A stretch of 64,000 bases of DNA from Gemmatimonadota bacterium (GTDB lineage Bacteria; Gemmatimonadota; Gemmatimonadetes; Longimicrobiales; Gaopeijiaceae). Below, piece by piece: positions 54,174 through 63,524 of the stretch (its first letter is position 1; each line of letters opens with the position of its first letter). Made by a program: the position numbers and the translations under genes. The notes below the pieces were generated by a model that worked only from the letters and a program-made list of their open reading frames with translations, was not told the DNA's origin and ran no database searches. The DNA lies in NCBI GenBank assembly GCA_039589315.1, contig JBDHHQ010000017.1:55618-119617 (forward strand), written 5' to 3'.

Positions 54174-56960
54174 TCACGATTCGCCGCGGTCCGCGATGGC
54201 GAACGTCACGGCGACCCGTAGCCGCACGTCGACGGGGGTCCCGTTGAGCGTACCAGGGTTGAACCTCCACTCGCTGACTGACTCACGCGCCGCCGTGGCG
54301 AGAACGCCGAGCCCGTCCGGCGCGGTCGCCCCCAACACGGTCACCTCGCCGTTCGTGCCGATGAGGGCCTCCACGTCCACCACGCCTTCGAGGTCCCTGC
54401 CTTCGCTCGGGTAGAGGAGGTCCGGGCGATACCTGAGCGTCGGGGCCTTGAATACCCCCGGCTTGCTGGGATCCTCGAAGGTGAAGGGCCCGGGGGCCAC
54501 GATGCCACCCGTCCTCGATCCCTGGCCTGCGACCTTCAGCGCGCGGATCGAGTCCAGGATCTCCAGGTGGCCTTCTCCGAGCTCCCGCTCGATTCCGGCG
54601 ACCCGCTCATTGAACCGTCGGGCTGCCCGTTCCACCCCGTCGGGAGTATCCTCGGGAAGATCCCCTCCCTCGCTCATGGCCATCGCGGCCGCGAGGACCA
54701 GCCACGGGGAAGGACCGCCGTCGTCCCCCGCCAGTGCCGCGATGCGGTCGCCGAGGGCGGTCTGGCCGTGGAGCAGCGTGTCCCGCACCTGGTCCAGCTC
54801 GCCAGTCCCCGTGATAGATGCAGGAGCCCGGAGGATCGAGTCCTGAAGCTCGGCAAGCGTGGCGATACGGGCGTCGAGGGCTGCCTGGATCACGAGGAGC
54901 GATTCCCCCAACTGCTCGAGGGCCACGGACCGCGATGAGGCTGAGCCCGCCCCGTCGATCTGATCGTTCGCGTAGTCGAACACCTGTCCGGGCCGACCCA
55001 GGAAGTGCGCCTGCAGCAGGAGACGGGCCAGGTCCGGGGTCACGGTCAGGTCAGTCGGGAGGACGCCACCTCGTTCGCGGAGGTCTCTCTCCTGCCGCAG
55101 AAGCTGCTCGAGCTCGGCGTCGTCGACGGGCACAGCCCCTGTTATGAAAGGCCTGAAGAGCTGGTCCCGGCGCAGGTCCGTGAGCTCCAGGTCGACGGAG
55201 GTCCCACCGGCCAGGACTTGGCGCTGAAGCTCGGTCAGGGTCGGGGCGAGGCTGTCGGGTATCCGTGCGGCCGACGCTACCCCCATCTGGTAGGGGAGCA
55301 GCAGGACTCTGGCCAGGTCCGGGGTGAGCCGGACCGAAAGCGTATCCGGGTCTCCGCGGAGCCCCCGCTCGAGGTCGTCGATGCCGCCAGGGTCCAGCCC
55401 CCGGCTGCCCGGAATCACGCCGATCATGTACGGCACGTAGAGGTAGCGAATCCGCTCGGCATCGACCCGCACCACGATGGGATCCCGGCCGCGCCAGAGC
55501 TCGCGTTGGAGGACCCGGATGAGCTCGTCGATACCGGTGCCGGTGGGAGCGGGCTCTCCGCCATTGTCCGGCCCCTCGCCCGGCCGCCCGTTCTCGTCGG
55601 CGTCCATCGGCCGGGTCGCGCCTCTCGTCCCCTCGGGACCAACAAGCGTAGGGCCGCCGCCCACCTCGGTTGGGGGGGGCGTACCCCCGCCGTTCGGCTC
55701 GATGGGATCGCTCCACGCGATCTTCTCGCGCAGCAGGCCCAGGATCGCCTCCTGATTCTCCAGCGTGCCCAGATCGGCCAGGAGCTCCCGCAGGACCTCT
55801 TCGCGGGTTTCCGGGCCCGTGGCCCTCTCTCCGCCGGGTATTCCAGCTTGGGCGGCGAGGGCGTCGAGGATCTCCTGCGTACGGTCGGGGCTTTCGCTGA
55901 AGACGGCCAAGAGGATGGCCCGGCGGAGGTCGTCGTCAGGCCAAGCGGCGAGCACCGGGTCGGTGTCCTCGACCGTCCTGTCGGGAGCCGTCAACACGTG
56001 CCAGACCGTATCGGCTCCAGGCTCCCAGGTTTCCAGGAGGGAAGCGAGAAAGGTCACACGGTCCCGCGTCAGCCGCATGTCGCTCAGGAGGTCGTAGGCC
56101 AGCTGCTCCGGGAATATGCTTCGGGCGTCCCCCGACCGTGCCGGAGCGCCGCCAGCTTCGGGTGGCACGGTGTTGCACTCAGCGAAGTCGATGGTGGCGA
56201 CCCGGGCGCCAGCGCAGAGGAAGCTCCGGAGCCCGTCCCGCACCTGCGGTGCGGTGGCGACGCCGGTCAGAACGGCCGCGGTGACGCCGGCCGTGATCAG
56301 CGCGGCGGCGCCGGGGCCCATCTCCGCCAGGCTCTCGACGGTGGCCCGGCCCGCCTCCTTCGGCCAGCGCATCGGGTTGTCCTTGAACGCCGCCCACCAA
56401 CCGAACCCCCCGAGAATCAGTAGACCCGCGCGCAGCTTCCCCTTGTCCCGGATCACGTAGCCCTCCTCCGCGAGGGCCTCGACGACGCCGTCGACGATCT
56501 CGTTGGGGCTCTTCCCTTCTCTCTTCAAAGCCCCGCTCACCTCGAGCGCCTTCTCCACCTTCTGCGCGAGATCGAGGGACTGATGCTCCTCGAGGATGGG
56601 GGTCAGGGGTGTGTCATCGCCCTTGATGGGCACCAGCGGCGCATCGGGCTTGTGTCGGTGGAAGAACTCGTACTCCTTGCGCACCCAGTCGGATTGGGCG
56701 GAGCGGTGAGTCCAGTAGATCATCAGACCGTCGGCCTTCTCGAGGCCGGCGCCTAGAGACGGCTTCCATTTCCTCCCGAGCTTGATGCTCCGGTGATCGT
56801 GAAACACCTGGTGGCCGAATGCCTCCAGGAGCTTGCCGATACCGTCGATTCGATCTCGGTCCGGGGTGCTGTAAGAGATGAAGACGTTGTTGATGAACGG
56901 CTGACTCTCGCCGTAGACCTTGTACGACTCGTTTGGCGAGCCGAAGGTGGAATCATCCAT
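54174..56960 (-). CDS. TIR-domain membrane protein with a C-terminal TonB_C domain (928 aa)
   Basis: N-terminal VFISYS..D...VFHD...I..G..W...SDWVRKE; hydrophobic segments; C-terminal YP......EGVV.VE.LI.TNGEV......AA.ESV.EWRFNP...NG.PV.V...V.VTF; GGAGGAG RBS. Confidence 0.85.
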   Translation of the reverse strand: MDDSTFGSPNESYKVYGESQPFINNVFISYSTPDRDRIDGIGKLLEAFGHQVFHDHRSIKLGRKWKPSLGAGLEKADGLMIYWTHRSAQSDWVRKEYEFFHRHKPDAPLVPIKGDDTPLTPILEEHQSLDLAQKVEKALEVSGALKREGKSPNEIVDGVVEALAEEGYVIRDKGKLRAGLLILGGFGWWAAFKDNPMRWPKEAGRATVESLAEMGPGAAALITAGVTAAVLTGVATAPQVRDGLRSFLCAGARVATIDFAECNTVPPEAGGAPARSGDARSIFPEQLAYDLLSDMRLTRDRVTFLASLLETWEPGADTVWHVLTAPDRTVEDTDPVLAAWPDDDLRRAILLAVFSESPDRTQEILDALAAQAGIPGGERATGPETREEVLRELLADLGTLENQEAILGLLREKIAWSDPIEPNGGGTPPPTEVGGGPTLVGPEGTRGATRPMDADENGRPGEGPDNGGEPAPTGTGIDELIRVLQRELWRGRDPIVVRVDAERIRYLYVPYMIGVIPGSRGLDPGGIDDLERGLRGDPDTLSVRLTPDLARVLLLPYQMGVASAARIPDSLAPTLTELQRQVLAGGTSVDLELTDLRRDQLFRPFITGAVPVDDAELEQLLRQERDLRERGGVLPTDLTVTPDLARLLLQAHFLGRPGQVFDYANDQIDGAGSASSRSVALEQLGESLLVIQAALDARIATLAELQDSILRAPASITGTGELDQVRDTLLHGQTALGDRIAALAGDDGGPSPWLVLAAAMAMSEGGDLPEDTPDGVERAARRFNERVAGIERELGEGHLEILDSIRALKVAGQGSRTGGIVAPGPFTFEDPSKPGVFKAPTLRYRPDLLYPSEGRDLEGVVDVEALIGTNGEVTVLGATAPDGLGVLATAARESVSEWRFNPGTLNGTPVDVRLRVAVTFAIADRGES

Positions 56961-57515
56961 CGATTCGATCTCCTCCGGGGTTCAGTTGCCCGGCCAGCGA
57001 TGCGACCCCGGACCCTCCAGGACCAGCGTCGTGCCGTCAGCCCGACCGGGGCCGATGCCGCTGGAGAGGTCGAAGGTCGCTCGGGAATCCGTACGGAGCT
57101 TATCCAGGAACGCCATGAAGGGCTCCCTGCGGGGGCACACGAAAAGACCTCCAGGAGCCCATCAGAACGCGAGGGGGGGAGAGCGTCGGCGGGCGCTCGG
57201 AGGAAAGCGAAGCAGCGTCTGTAGGACAAGCATAGGGGGCTCGGCCCCGGGACCGCAAACACTTTTTTCCGCTCGGCCCCGCGTATCTCCGCCCGCGATC
57301 CGGCCCCAGCGGGCACCGGCCATCCCCCCCGAACCTGGCCCGATGCACCGGACGAGCGCGTGTCCGCGGAGCATCTCCCACAAGCACTACCGGTGGATCC
57401 CCGATACCCGTGCCGCCTGGCGCGCGCCGACATTTGAGGCGCAGGCACGGCTGCCCCGGGCACCTCTCCCGTCGACCCGGCCGGCAGGGACCGGCGGCCT
57501 GCGGAAGGAGGGAGC

Positions 57516-57938
57516 ATGAGCGTCGGTAGGATCGCTGTCCGCGCGGTGTCCACGGGGTATCCCGCCGAGTCGGTGCGCGCGGCGGCCAAACGGATGAAGG
57601 CCCACGGCGTGGGCGCCACGGTCGTGATCGACGATGACGTCCGCCCCATCGGGATCGTGACCGACCGGGACGTGACCCTTCGGTGCGTCGCCGAGGAGCG
57701 GGATCCGGACCTGACCCAGCTCGGCGACATCATGAGCACGCCGGTGAGCGCCGTCACCGAAGACACGCCCATCGAGACCGCTCTGTCGATGATGGCCACC
57801 GTGGAGGCACGCAGGATGATCGTGACCAGCGATGACGGACGGTTGACGGGTATCCTGACCGTGGACGACTTCCTGGAGCTGGCGGTCGAGGAGTTCGACG
57901 CCATCGGCACGCTGATCGGCAAGCAGGCGCCGGCGTAG
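57516..57938 (+). CDS. CBS-pair domain protein
   Basis: AA..M....VG..VV....PIGIVTDRD and DIMS.PV...GILTVDD motifs; GGAGGG RBS. Confidence 0.9.
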   Translation: MSVGRIAVRAVSTGYPAESVRAAAKRMKAHGVGATVVIDDDVRPIGIVTDRDVTLRCVAEERDPDLTQLGDIMSTPVSAVTEDTPIETALSMMATVEARRMIVTSDDGRLTGILTVDDFLELAVEEFDAIGTLIGKQAPA

Positions 57939-58121
57939 AGGTCAAGGACCCCCCTCGCTGGTCCTCGCCGTTCGACGCGGCCCGGTGGCGCCGCAGGGAG
58001 GTCTCGTTCCCGCGCACCAATCTTCCGTTTAGGGGAACAGCCCGGTTGCGGGGGGTCCGGTCCGGTGGAACCGGGTCGTACCGAGCCGGGGCAGGTGAGA
58101 TGTGGGGCCTGCGGGCATATG

Positions 58122-58571
58122 CTACCGCGTCCGGCCGCCGTTCCTGTCACCGCGTCGCCACGTGATCAACGGCTGATTGGGGAGCCGGACGACACCCCGC
58201 TCGTCAGGATCCAAGCGGAGGGAGAAGGTCAGCGCGGTGCCGGCGGAGCTCCGATACCTGAGCCGGTAGATGGTTGCGGAGCCCCTGTCCTCGGCCAAGG
58301 TCTCGAGGATCGGGTGAGCGGTGAAATCACCGATTCCGGAGCCTGAGTAGAACACGATCGTGTTCTCGGAGATTTCGAACGCGCGGTCGAGGTAGTGGGA
58401 GTGGTCCGTAACCCACATGCCCATCAACTGGTCGGGAGCGGCCGCTTCCAGATGGCCTTCGCAGCCGGCCGAGACCGCGGAGCCAAGCAGCAGCGCCAGC
58501 AGGACCACGCCGAGGGGACCCTCCCGGGTCGAACGCTCAGGCCGCTGTGCTCCCCCCGCTCGAAGGGCCAT
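58122..58571 (-). CDS. Hypothetical lipoprotein
   Basis: Hydrophobic leader ending SAGC, followed by a beta-rich domain (P..L.G.W.T....Y.DR.FEI). Start uncertain. Confidence 0.6.
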   Translation of the reverse strand: MALRAGGAQRPERSTREGPLGVVLLALLLGSAVSAGCEGHLEAAAPDQLMGMWVTDHSHYLDRAFEISENTIVFYSGSGIGDFTAHPILETLAEDRGSATIYRLRYRSSAGTALTFSLRLDPDERGVVRLPNQPLITWRRGDRNGGRTR

Positions 58572-58720
58572 CCGGACTGTGGCCAACGCGGAGCTTCGGC
58601 CCCCGCACCGGCCCTCGGTGGTGCACCGATGTCCCTGGATGCCGGGTGGAATCCGTCCGCCCCCTCCGGCGCCGCTTGTGGGGGGGGCGAGGAAGGCCGC
58701 AAGACCAGCGGGCGTCACCG

Positions 58721-60859
58721 TTACCCCGCCTCCTCCAGGGGTCTCGCCGGTAGCAGGTCGGCGTCGTCCTCGTGGATACGATCTCCCATCACGATCTGAA
58801 AAGCACTCACCACCCGCTTGTCGAACTGGACGCCAGACATCTGCGCGATGAGCTCGTGAGCCGTGGTGGCCGACATGCCGGCGCGATACGGCCGATCGGA
58901 GGTCATGGCGTCGAAGGTGTCGGCCACCGCCACGATCCGCGCGAGCCACGGGGTGGCCTCGCCCACGAGGCTCTCCGGATAGCCTGAACCGTCCAGGCGC
59001 TCATGATGGTACAATACGAGCGGGATCAGGTCCGCGTAGGCGCCAATGGGCTCGAGGATCCGCGCTCCCGTGACGGTGTGATCCTTCATGAGCCGGTACT
59101 CTTCGTCGGTGAGCCTTCCGCGCTTGTCCAGGATCGAGGCGGGCACGCCGATTTTGCCGATGTCGTGCAGCAATCCTCCGCGCCACAGAATCGCGAGGTC
59201 GTCGTCGGGAAGGCCGAGCTGGCGTCCGATCTCGAGCGAAAGCGAGGCGACCCGTTCCGAGTGCCCTGACGTCCAGGGAGACTTGGCATCGACAGTTCGC
59301 GCGAGCGCCGTAAGCGCGCCAGTCGTGAGCGCCTCCATCTGGCGCACCACCCGGAAATGAGAGAGGCTCAGGGTCACCTGGTCCGTGATCTGTCGGATTC
59401 GGCTGATCTCCGTGCTATCGACGGACGCGAACCCCATGCGCACGGTCACCACGCCCAGCGGATACCCGTCCATTGCCATCGGGACGACGAGCTCCGGCTC
59501 CGGATCGTCCGTCGGCCCGTATGGTGGCAGATAGCCGGGTCGGTCTTCCCGCAACGGCGGGAGAAAGAAGGCGTGCGGACGATCACGAAGTGCCCTCGCG
59601 TCCGCCTCCGACCACGTGACCCGGGTCACGTGGGGCCCGAGGCCCGGCAGCCATTCCATGGCCCAGGCCTCCTCCTCGTCGGAGCTGGCGAGCACCGAGG
59701 CGGTCGGGTGACCATCGGGATAGAGGGCCGAAACCGCGGCAAGGGCCGTCTCCACGACGCTACGCTCGTCCATGGAGGAGAGGGCCGCCCGATCCACGGC
59801 GTTCACGGCCGAGAGCGTCTCGAACTGCCGCTTCAGCTGCTCCGCCATGGCGTTGAACGAATCACCGAGCTCCGCGAACTCGTCCTTGGTCCGTACCTCC
59901 ACGCGGGAATCGAAGTCACGGGCGGCGATCCGCTTGGTGGCCTGGCTCAGGCTGACGATGGGCTCCATGCTCCTGCGGATCTGAGTGGTGCTGAGTAGCA
60001 GCACGACGCCGAGGGAGAGGAAGGCGACGAGCGGAAAGGTGAACCTGAAGCCGGCCGCGTGAGCGAGGACGTTGTCTTCGCTCTCACTAACGACGACCGC
60101 CCAGTTGGAGCTGCGCGACACGAAGCGCAGAAAGAGGGGTCGGAAGCTCCCAAAGTACTTCTCGCCGTCGGAGGAATACTGGAAGGGGACACCCCGCCCG
60201 GGGCTCGCGCCGACGGGGAGCTCGTCCCGGAAGTCAGCCAGGGACACGCCCGGACAGAAGACCGGCCTCAGGACCGAGTCGAGTACGCACAGGCGGGCGC
60301 GGGAGCGGAGCGAAGCGTAGGTCTCGGCGGTCGTCCAGAGCGGCTGGGGATCGATTTCGGCCCAGATCACCGAGCCATTGGGGAGCGCCTGAGCCAGAGA
60401 AAGGGGCGCGACTCCGTCGAGTCCCGCGTCGCCCGAGTGGAGCAGCTGTTCCGAGGGCGCCAAGCGCTTCAGCTGCTCTCGCAGGCCAGGGTCGAGCCGG
60501 GGAGGCTCACCAAACAGGATGATGGGTGGTCCCTCCTCGGGAACGAGGGCAGCGGCCGCGAGGCCCTTGCCGCGCCCATGTGTCAGGCCGCCCCTGACAC
60601 CCTCGTTCCCCCGGCTCAAATCGGCCACGGTAGAGAGCACCTCTACCTGTTCTCTCGCCACCGTGAGCCGCTCGAGAATGGCCTCTGCAGCGGCCTCGGA
60701 TGCGACCTCCAGGCTCCTCTCGTTCTCCGTTGTCAACTGCCGGGTGACTTGGAGGTACGAGAGGACCGCCAACGCCACGGTAGGCGCCAACGCGCTGATC
60801 ATGAAGAGCGCGAGGAGTCGCCGGGCGACTCGGCTCTTGAAGTTCTGTAGATCGAGCAT
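58721..60859 (-). CDS. Membrane-bound HD-GYP cyclic-dinucleotide phosphodiesterase (sensor domain, HAMP, GAF-like, HD-GYP)
   Basis: Two TM helices; HAMP (DEFAELGDSFNAM); GHSERV, LLHDIGKIG, HHERLDGSGYP and ADTFDAMTSDRPYR motifs. Confidence 0.92.
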   Translation of the reverse strand: MLDLQNFKSRVARRLLALFMISALAPTVALAVLSYLQVTRQLTTENERSLEVASEAAAEAILERLTVAREQVEVLSTVADLSRGNEGVRGGLTHGRGKGLAAAALVPEEGPPIILFGEPPRLDPGLREQLKRLAPSEQLLHSGDAGLDGVAPLSLAQALPNGSVIWAEIDPQPLWTTAETYASLRSRARLCVLDSVLRPVFCPGVSLADFRDELPVGASPGRGVPFQYSSDGEKYFGSFRPLFLRFVSRSSNWAVVVSESEDNVLAHAAGFRFTFPLVAFLSLGVVLLLSTTQIRRSMEPIVSLSQATKRIAARDFDSRVEVRTKDEFAELGDSFNAMAEQLKRQFETLSAVNAVDRAALSSMDERSVVETALAAVSALYPDGHPTASVLASSDEEEAWAMEWLPGLGPHVTRVTWSEADARALRDRPHAFFLPPLREDRPGYLPPYGPTDDPEPELVVPMAMDGYPLGVVTVRMGFASVDSTEISRIRQITDQVTLSLSHFRVVRQMEALTTGALTALARTVDAKSPWTSGHSERVASLSLEIGRQLGLPDDDLAILWRGGLLHDIGKIGVPASILDKRGRLTDEEYRLMKDHTVTGARILEPIGAYADLIPLVLYHHERLDGSGYPESLVGEATPWLARIVAVADTFDAMTSDRPYRAGMSATTAHELIAQMSGVQFDKRVVSAFQIVMGDRIHEDDADLLPARPLEEAG

Positions 60860-61040
60860 GGTCCGCTCGGGGCCTCCGCTACGCGAATCCGCAATTCACC
60901 CCAATAGGATCGGCAACAAGAGGGGTGGATCGGTAATCCCTCGGTCCTGGACCGCCGATACCTAGAAGCAGTGATGGAACGCAGGATCAAGGGACGTGGA
61001 GCCACCGAGGGCCTTCGCTCGGCAACCCAACCAGTGGTCG

Positions 61041-63467
61041 ATGACCGTAACAGCGGCAGGGATCAGCAGGTTCCTCGTGGGGACCTCGATTCGACAGCGT
61101 CAAGCCATGGCTGCGTCCGGCCTCGTCGCTGGTATCACGGTTCTCATGCTGCTGTACCTACCCTCCCTCGTTGAACGGCAGGCTCACGACGCGTTGCGGC
61201 ACCACGCACGAAGCATCGCGGACATGATCGCGTACGGCCTCGAGGATCCGCTCTATCTGGGGGACCGGCGCGGCGCTGGGGACGTCTTGGAGGGTTTCAT
61301 CCAAAACCCCGACGTCAGGTACGCGGTGGTGGTACGCGAAGAGACCGTCTTCGCTGGCCACAACCTCGCACTGGCGCAGGAGGTCGACTACCGCAGTGTC
61401 GACTCCGAGGGGGTCGACTCATCCCACGGCACGACCCTTCGGGTGGCGGTGCCAGTGCTGTCCAACGGCAGGGAGATCGGCACCGTCTACCTCGGATACT
61501 CATTGGCAGCGGTCGGCGAGGCCGTGCAGGACGCACGGTCTCGCGTGCTGGCGGTGGGCTTCATCGTGCTTCTCGTCGGCGTGTTGATCGCGTACCTGGT
61601 GAGCCGTTTGATCACCACCCACCTCGAGCTCGTGGCCGGCGCGGCCAGGGCAATCAGCAGTGGCGACCGGTCGGCGCGCGTCGACATCTCGAGCACGGAC
61701 GAGGTGGGGGAGCTGGCATCGGCTCTCAACACGATGCTGGACGCGATGGAGAGCCACGCGAGGCTCCTGGAGCACGAGATCACAAAACGAGGAGCGGCCG
61801 AGGCGGCGTCGCTGGCGAAGTCCGACTTCGTGGCCAACATGAGCCACGAAATCCGGACGCACATGACCGGCGTGTTGGGTATGGCGTCCCTGCTGAAGAA
61901 CACCGAGCTGAACCAGAGCCAGGCACGCCACATCGATCGGATTCTCCGGTCGGGCGAGTCGCTCGTTCAGATCATCAATGACATCCTCGACTTCTCCAAG
62001 ATCGAGGCCGGCAAGATCGCGATCGACGAGCAGCCCTTCGATCTCCGCGAAACGATCGAGGACGTTGTCGAACTGATGGCGCCACGGGCCCAAGAGGGGG
62101 GGCTGGAGCTCACGCTGCGCTTTCAGCCCTCCGCACCACGGTTCGTCGTCGGCGATCCCGGCCGGATCCGTCAGGTACTCACGAACCTGCTGAGCAACGC
62201 GATCAGGTTCACGGAAGAGGGATACATCCTGGCCGAGGTCCGAGCATCCGAGCTCTCCGATCGAGAGGCCACGTACACGTTCGCCGTGACCGATACTGGG
62301 ATCGGGATCTCGCCGGTCGAGCAGACGCACATATTCCAGAAGTTCACGCAGGGAGACGCCTCCAAGATACGTCGCTTCGGTGGGACCGGGCTGGGACTGG
62401 CCATCTCCAGTCAGCTCGTTGCACTCATGGGAGGTAAGCTGAGCGTACAGAGCACAGAGGGTGAGGGAGCCACCTTTTCGTTCGAGCTGCGCCTTCCTCG
62501 AGACGCCATGACCCCCCACCTCCAGCTCACGGAGGGGCTGCTGGAGGGCGTACGCGTCCTAGCCGTCGACGACGTCGAGGTCAACCGAATCGTTCTCAAG
62601 GAGCTGTTGGACGCCTGGAGCATGCGTCCCACATTGGTTCCCAGCGTGAAGAAGGCCCTCGCAGCCGCGGAACGCGCGGCCCGGGAGGGCGACCCCTTCC
62701 AGGTCGTGATTCTGGATCATCACATCCTGGACACGGACGCCGAGTCGCTCGCAAGGGAGTTGAGGGTGACTCGAGCTTCGAGAGACGCGGCAGTGGTGCT
62801 GCTGACCTCCCAGGGATTCCATCGCGACGACGGTGGACCAGAGCAGGCCGGGTTTTCGGCCTGCTTGGAAAAACCCGTGAGCGCCTCAGCTCTGAGGAGC
62901 ACACTCGTGGCCGTGATTCGCACCGAGGATACCGCTTCGGCGGCAGGGCGGGATGTCATCGCCGGCGCCATCGCGGGACAGGAGTCCGGAGGCGTGCACT
63001 CCAGGGTTCGGAAGCTGCTCCTGTTGGTCGAAGACAATCCGGCCAACCAGGAGGTGGCCTCCGCAATGATCGATCTCCTGGACTACCGGTGCGAGATCGC
63101 GTCCAACGGCCGAGAGGGCGTGGAGATGGTCGATTTCAGTCGTCATGCCATCGTCCTGATGGATTGTGAGATGCCCGAGATGGACGGCTTTCAGGCGACT
63201 GCCGAGATCAGGAAGCGCCAGCCGCCCGGGCGCCGCATCCCCATCATCGCCCTCACGGCCAAGGCGCGGCCCAGCGATCGGCAGCGCTGCCTCGAAGCCG
63301 GCATGGATGACTATCTGAGCAAGCCGATCTCGTTCGACCGCCTCCGGGACCTCCTGGAGAGGTGGAGCCAGCCTGGAGCCAGGGCTGATGCCTTCGAACG
63401 GGCCCTCGTCGGCTCTCCCGCCTCCCTGGCCCCGGGCTTGACGGGTTCCTCCGACGGCGGGTCCTAG
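61041..63467 (+). CDS. Hybrid sensor histidine kinase (two TM, HAMP, HisKA, HATPase, two receiver domains)
   Basis: KSDFVANMSHEIRT, NLLSNA, DTGIG and GGTGLGL motifs; REC motifs VDD...ILD and VEDN...LMDCEMPEMDG...KP. Confidence 0.92.
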   Translation: MTVTAAGISRFLVGTSIRQRQAMAASGLVAGITVLMLLYLPSLVERQAHDALRHHARSIADMIAYGLEDPLYLGDRRGAGDVLEGFIQNPDVRYAVVVREETVFAGHNLALAQEVDYRSVDSEGVDSSHGTTLRVAVPVLSNGREIGTVYLGYSLAAVGEAVQDARSRVLAVGFIVLLVGVLIAYLVSRLITTHLELVAGAARAISSGDRSARVDISSTDEVGELASALNTMLDAMESHARLLEHEITKRGAAEAASLAKSDFVANMSHEIRTHMTGVLGMASLLKNTELNQSQARHIDRILRSGESLVQIINDILDFSKIEAGKIAIDEQPFDLRETIEDVVELMAPRAQEGGLELTLRFQPSAPRFVVGDPGRIRQVLTNLLSNAIRFTEEGYILAEVRASELSDREATYTFAVTDTGIGISPVEQTHIFQKFTQGDASKIRRFGGTGLGLAISSQLVALMGGKLSVQSTEGEGATFSFELRLPRDAMTPHLQLTEGLLEGVRVLAVDDVEVNRIVLKELLDAWSMRPTLVPSVKKALAAAERAAREGDPFQVVILDHHILDTDAESLARELRVTRASRDAAVVLLTSQGFHRDDGGPEQAGFSACLEKPVSASALRSTLVAVIRTEDTASAAGRDVIAGAIAGQESGGVHSRVRKLLLLVEDNPANQEVASAMIDLLDYRCEIASNGREGVEMVDFSRHAIVLMDCEMPEMDGFQATAEIRKRQPPGRRIPIIALTAKARPSDRQRCLEAGMDDYLSKPISFDRLRDLLERWSQPGARADAFERALVGSPASLAPGLTGSSDGGS

Positions 63468-63524
63468 AAGCTCTTTCCGTGGAGCGCAAGGGGGCGAGTC
63501 AAATCGGCCTTTGCGTTCCTTCTT

